A stretch of 63,578 bases of DNA, the filler included, from Octopus bimaculoides (taxonomy: Eukaryota): NCBI RefSeq assembly GCF_001194135.2. It is 4 parts of 4 records of this genome, joined end to end, with 100 filler letters (N's around TTAATTAATTAA, not from the genome) between each part and the next. Parts side by side here need not be neighbours in the genome. Positions count along the whole stretch, not along the records: positions 58,599 to 63,578 come from NC_068986.1; 3 more parts are not named here. One strand, given 5' to 3'. How positions within the stretch are numbered: the stretch's first letter is position 1; each line of letters starts with the position of its first letter. Positions 59,288 to 63,578 of this stretch are shown piece after piece. Under the pieces are notes generated by a model, which was not told where the DNA came from, did not search any database, and saw nothing but the letters and a program-made list of their open reading frames with translations. A program made the position numbers and the translations under genes.

Positions 59288-61981
59288 TCAAAAGGGAAAG
59301 TAAGAGAGTGAAAAGGAGAGAGGTGGGGAAGACAGAGAAAAATATGGTTAGACAAAGATTCTCTCCTCATTGGCACAGAAAGGAAATATCGTATTTCGGT
59401 TAGAATTAAAGACACGTCGTCCACTCCAGGAAGTGTCACATTGTTTCCCCCTCCCCCTCACATGACGCTGTCATCACGTGTCACCTTTGTTACGTACACC
59501 TCCTTACATGCACACGCGCGTGCGCAGACACACACACTCATACTTATACATACATGCGCATACATACATATATACATACAGAAATACATACATGCGTGCA
59601 TACATACATACACGCACATGTTTACCTAAACGACCCTGCGATAGGAACATCCATACAGCACTCCTAGAAATAACAGTCAAAGCACTCTTTGTCGTCTGAA
59701 AAAAATGGAAGTACACATTAGAAAATGATGTTTGTAAACAGAACGGCTTTCGTTTTAAATCTGACCTTTCTGAGCTGAGTTCGGGTTAATCAACAACACC
59801 GATCTTATTTAATTAGTAGAAAGCTGAACAGCATCACACGGGGTTTCTGTTGATTTTGAACCCACGACTTCCAGCCTTAAATTCTCACTTTCTCCGATGA
59901 ATACAATTATAACATCAAATCGACGAACCAGTCTTCATGTACTCAGACACTCAGACAATTTGATAGAAATAACTACAGCGAATATTAGGTCTTGGTGTCT
60001 CAAGTAAGGAATAACACATTGGGTATTATAGTCCTAGATACATTGGGTTAACAATTGTAGCGGGGTAGGCAAGACTGGAACGCCTTTGGTCAAAGGTCTG
60101 CTCTCTCAAGGCTGACATGGGCCTTAAACAAGAATAAAACAAAGTGTGACCTTCCGCATTATAGTTCGGTCGTTAAATATCACAGCCAAATGTTATAGTT
60201 ATTAATTACATGTATCACTTAAAAAGGAGAAAACCACAGAAGATAATGTAGTCCTTGATAGACAAGACAACGACTGGCATTTCTTTAACCACAGTAATCT
60301 TGATAAGTTTTAAACCGGGGCAAAATATTAGCAGCAACAACAACAACAACAACGACAATTACTGTAAGCAGTGAGGGAGTCTCTCTTGGTGGCTCGGTCT
60401 GCTAGAAATAGCGGTGAAATCATTCTTGAATCTCATCCTAAGGTCTTGAGAAAGGAAGAACCCATTGGATAATGCTGACTGCTAAGAAAAGCAGGATGGT
60501 CACGGATGGAAAATGTTCAATCATGTTTGACAATAAAAGTATCGATGATACACTAACAGCGACAAAAGTATTAAGAACAACAACAATAACAAGTACAGGA
60601 AGAATAGAACAGACTGAGTCCGTGTTTAAGATTTCGTTGGGGTTGCACATCAAGTATTCATGCAGCAGGTGTCCCTGGGTATATTTCCTCAGTCAGTCGA
60701 TTAGCTTGTCTAGGGCGTTACATGATGTTGCAAACCTGACCCAGAAAAAGCAATGCAAGAATGGAGAGTGGGTGAGTGGCTTGTAAAAGATTGAGGTTAC
60801 AAAGTGGGTCTTTTTTTTCTCTTTCTTTTATTTTTCTGAGAAGATCAAAACATTGTTGGGTCTGTGCAACAGACACAAAATAGCAAGCAGAAGAACAAAC
60901 GGACTGAAACCCATTGCTCGACATTTATTATTAAGATGACCAAATCTTATTCGACATTACTGGTGCAGAGAACAAGAGAACATAACTGAGACATGACTTC
61001 TTGTAGCCAATCTCTGGGGTCACTTCTTTGCTCGGAGATATTGTAGAGGGGGCGGTAAGGAGCGGACAAAGAGCTAGAAATATCTGGTTGGGTGAAAGGC
61101 GGCTAACTGAAAGAATCATCAGCATGCCGAATAAAATGCTTAGGTCCTGGGTTCAAATACCACCGGGGTCGATTTTGCCTTTCGTCTTTTCAGGGTCGAT
61201 AAAACAAAATATATTAGTTGAACATGGGGGTTGAGGTAATCGACTTAAACCCTCCTCCGAAATTGCTGGCCTTGTGCCAGAATTTGAAACCAACATCCGG
61301 TTTCATGTTACATAATAGAAAAGGGTTTCAAAGCTAGAGCTGTTCGATTAGGTGGACTAGTTACATGACAAAGAGAATGTCAGGACAATCTGACTGTAGC
61401 CAATGAGAGAATGTCTAGAACATTCGTTGAGGGGGTAGACACGGCTAAACGTTTACATTCCATTCATATATTTCATTTCATTCATATATTTTATTTCATT
61501 CACATATTTTTCATTCATTCATTTCACTCCATTCAAAAAATTCCATTCATTCAACAAATAACAATGAAAGCACAAACAAAACAGTCAATGAATAACCTAG
61601 AATGTTCTTTTGTAAATAATGTGAAGTCAAGTGGCGGGACATGCCCAGACATGTGACCGGACGAGGTTTCAATTCTGTAAAACGTGGCTAAGAACGTTTT
61701 GTATGTTTGAAGGTCACACTGAGATAAATGTTAAACCGAGTCGGCTTCATTAGAGAAAATTTTAATAAATATATGGAAAAATGTCATTTATATTTATTGT
61801 AAGAATACAATTAAAGATACTAAAGTTAGTTTTATATACAACACTGTGCAAGCGAGTAGCTGGATGGATCCTTAAATCATTCAGAACCAGAAATAAGGAT
61901 ATCTTGCTACTCTTACAGAGATCATTTGTCCTCAGTCGTCTGGATTACTATTACTGAGTGTGAAACTAGTGGCGGAACTTG

Positions 61982-62051
61982 AGGCAATCCAGGGCCTCCA
62001 GGCAATCCAGGGCCTCCAGGCAATCCAGGGCCTCCAGGCAATCCAGGGCCT
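61982..62051 (+). repeat. 18-bp GC-rich tandem repeat, ~3.9 units
   Basis: AGGCAATCCAGGGCCTCC at 61982, 62000 and 62018, partial at 62036. Confidence 0.97.
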
Positions 62052-62055
62052 ATAT

Positions 62056-62469
62056 AGGAGTGGCTGTGTGGTAAGTAGCTTGCTTACCAACCACATGGTT
62101 CTGGGTTCATTCCCACTGCGAGGCACCTTGGGCAAGTGTCTTCTACTATAGCCTCGAACCGACCGAAGCCTTGTGAGTGGATTTGGTAGACGGAAACTGA
62201 AAGAAGCCCGCCGTATATATGTATATATATATATATATATACGTATGTGTGTGTATATGTTTGTGTGTCTGTGTTTGTCCCCACCAACATCACTTGACAA
62301 CCGATGGTGGTGTGTTTACGTCCCCGTAACTTAGCGGTTCTGTAAAAGAGGCCAACAGAATAAGTACTAGGCTTCCAAAGAATAAGTCCTGGAGTCGATT
62401 TGCTCGACCAAAAGGCGATGTTCCAGCATGGTCGCAGTCAAATGACTGAAACAAGTAAAAGAGTAAAAG
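62056..62469 (+). mobile_element. Near full-length SINE family A
   Basis: tRNA-like head (tggctgtgtggtaag...gggttcattccc), internal (TA)/(TG) microsatellite, 3' part ending cagcatggtcgcagtcaaatgactgaaacaagtaaaagag. Confidence 0.9.
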
Positions 62470-62708
62470 GGAATGATCATACACACAATTGTTATTGTAG
62501 TTATTTAGCCCCAGGTCTGCCCTGATCCCGTAGAACTATGATCAACGGCAGTGCAGCTATAACCATCCTGATCTGAGAAAGTCCTATAAGCCTATCCTAT
62601 CGAATGCGTCGCTTCTTTAAGGTTCAAGCGTGTGATTTCTGATGATTTCCCTGCGATTTCTAGCAGGTTGAGCGACCATTTTCATGACTAGCCTTTATAA
62701 GTGAGAGT

Positions 62709-62816
<108 letters not shown>

Positions 62817-63544
62817 GTGAAGACACACAGACAGACATTATGGACGACATTCACAATATGTTAGCGCTTGTTGAGACCGAAGGTAAAACCAGTAATTTAA
62901 CTCCAGCTTCTGTTTTAATTAGACATTGTCTGGCAACTACAGACTGCCTATGTTCATTAAATGGTCGTATTTTGGCATAAATACTACCCTAGAGACAAAC
63001 ATATATGTGTGCATGTGTATGTATATGTGCGTGGGTGCTTGTGCGTATATATACATATATATATATAATTAAATTAGGCAGTTGTTTAGCAGTATATATT
63101 TCTTGTTCCATTCATTGGCTTCAGGCCATGTTGAGGTACCGCATTGAAGGGCTTTCCTTGAATAAATCAACCCCCGATAGTTATATTTAAAAGTTGGGAA
63201 TCTATTCTATCTTACCCTACTGCCGAGCCGCTTAGTACGGGGACGTAAGCAAAACGAACACCGATTAAGTTGTAGGTGTGAGAGGTCAGACACAGCCACA
63301 AAGACACACACAGACGAACACACACACACATAGAAACACACACACGCACGCAGACACACACGCATGCGCACACATATACACACACCAAGGCATTGATTGA
63401 AATGGCGCTGTAGTGGAAAACAACCAAGGTGACACACAGATGGAGTGAACCCTTACCCATGTGGTTGCAAAGCGAACTTCTTAACCACGCAGCCTATAAT
63501 GCGTGTGTGCGTGTGTGTGTGTGTGAGTATGCATACGTATGTAC

Positions 63545-63578
<34 letters not shown>

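Noticed and set aside
61982-62051. Possible CRISPR-like array
   Set aside because: The units are contiguous with no spacers, in eukaryotic context with no cas genes.

Overview
Eukaryotic, AT-rich, repeat-saturated and gap-riddled genomic scaffold, most likely from an octopus (coleoid cephalopod). This is inferred from the SINE families, the microsatellite load and the protocadherin architecture. There are two host genes in divergent orientation. (1) A minus-strand SLC34/NaPi-II Na+/phosphate cotransporter: six exons mapped at 6448-20918, with at least one internal exon and the ATG exon not visible. (2) A plus-strand protocadherin: one 2.6-kb exon (42484-45096) encodes signal peptide, 7 cadherin repeats, TM and part of the tail, followed by a small second exon with two tandem GTAAGT donors. 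The rest is transposon debris: Tol2-like and other hAT, Hsmar1-like mariner, DD37D maT, Tigger/pogo, piggyBac-like and hairpin MITEs, Helitron helicase, R4, Hero and RTE LINEs, several Penelope-like elements and many tRNA-derived SINEs. The most unusual signal is a Penelope-associated module of tRNA(Asn)-like Pol III head + (AAT)n + minimal type-I hammerhead-ribozyme motif + tail. It is seen once attached to a GIY-YIG ORF and once free-standing in an SLC34 intron, and other hammerhead-like motifs occur elsewhere in the window. No CRISPR array, rRNA or bona fide tRNA gene is supported. All homology calls are from motif recognition by eye; no searches were run.
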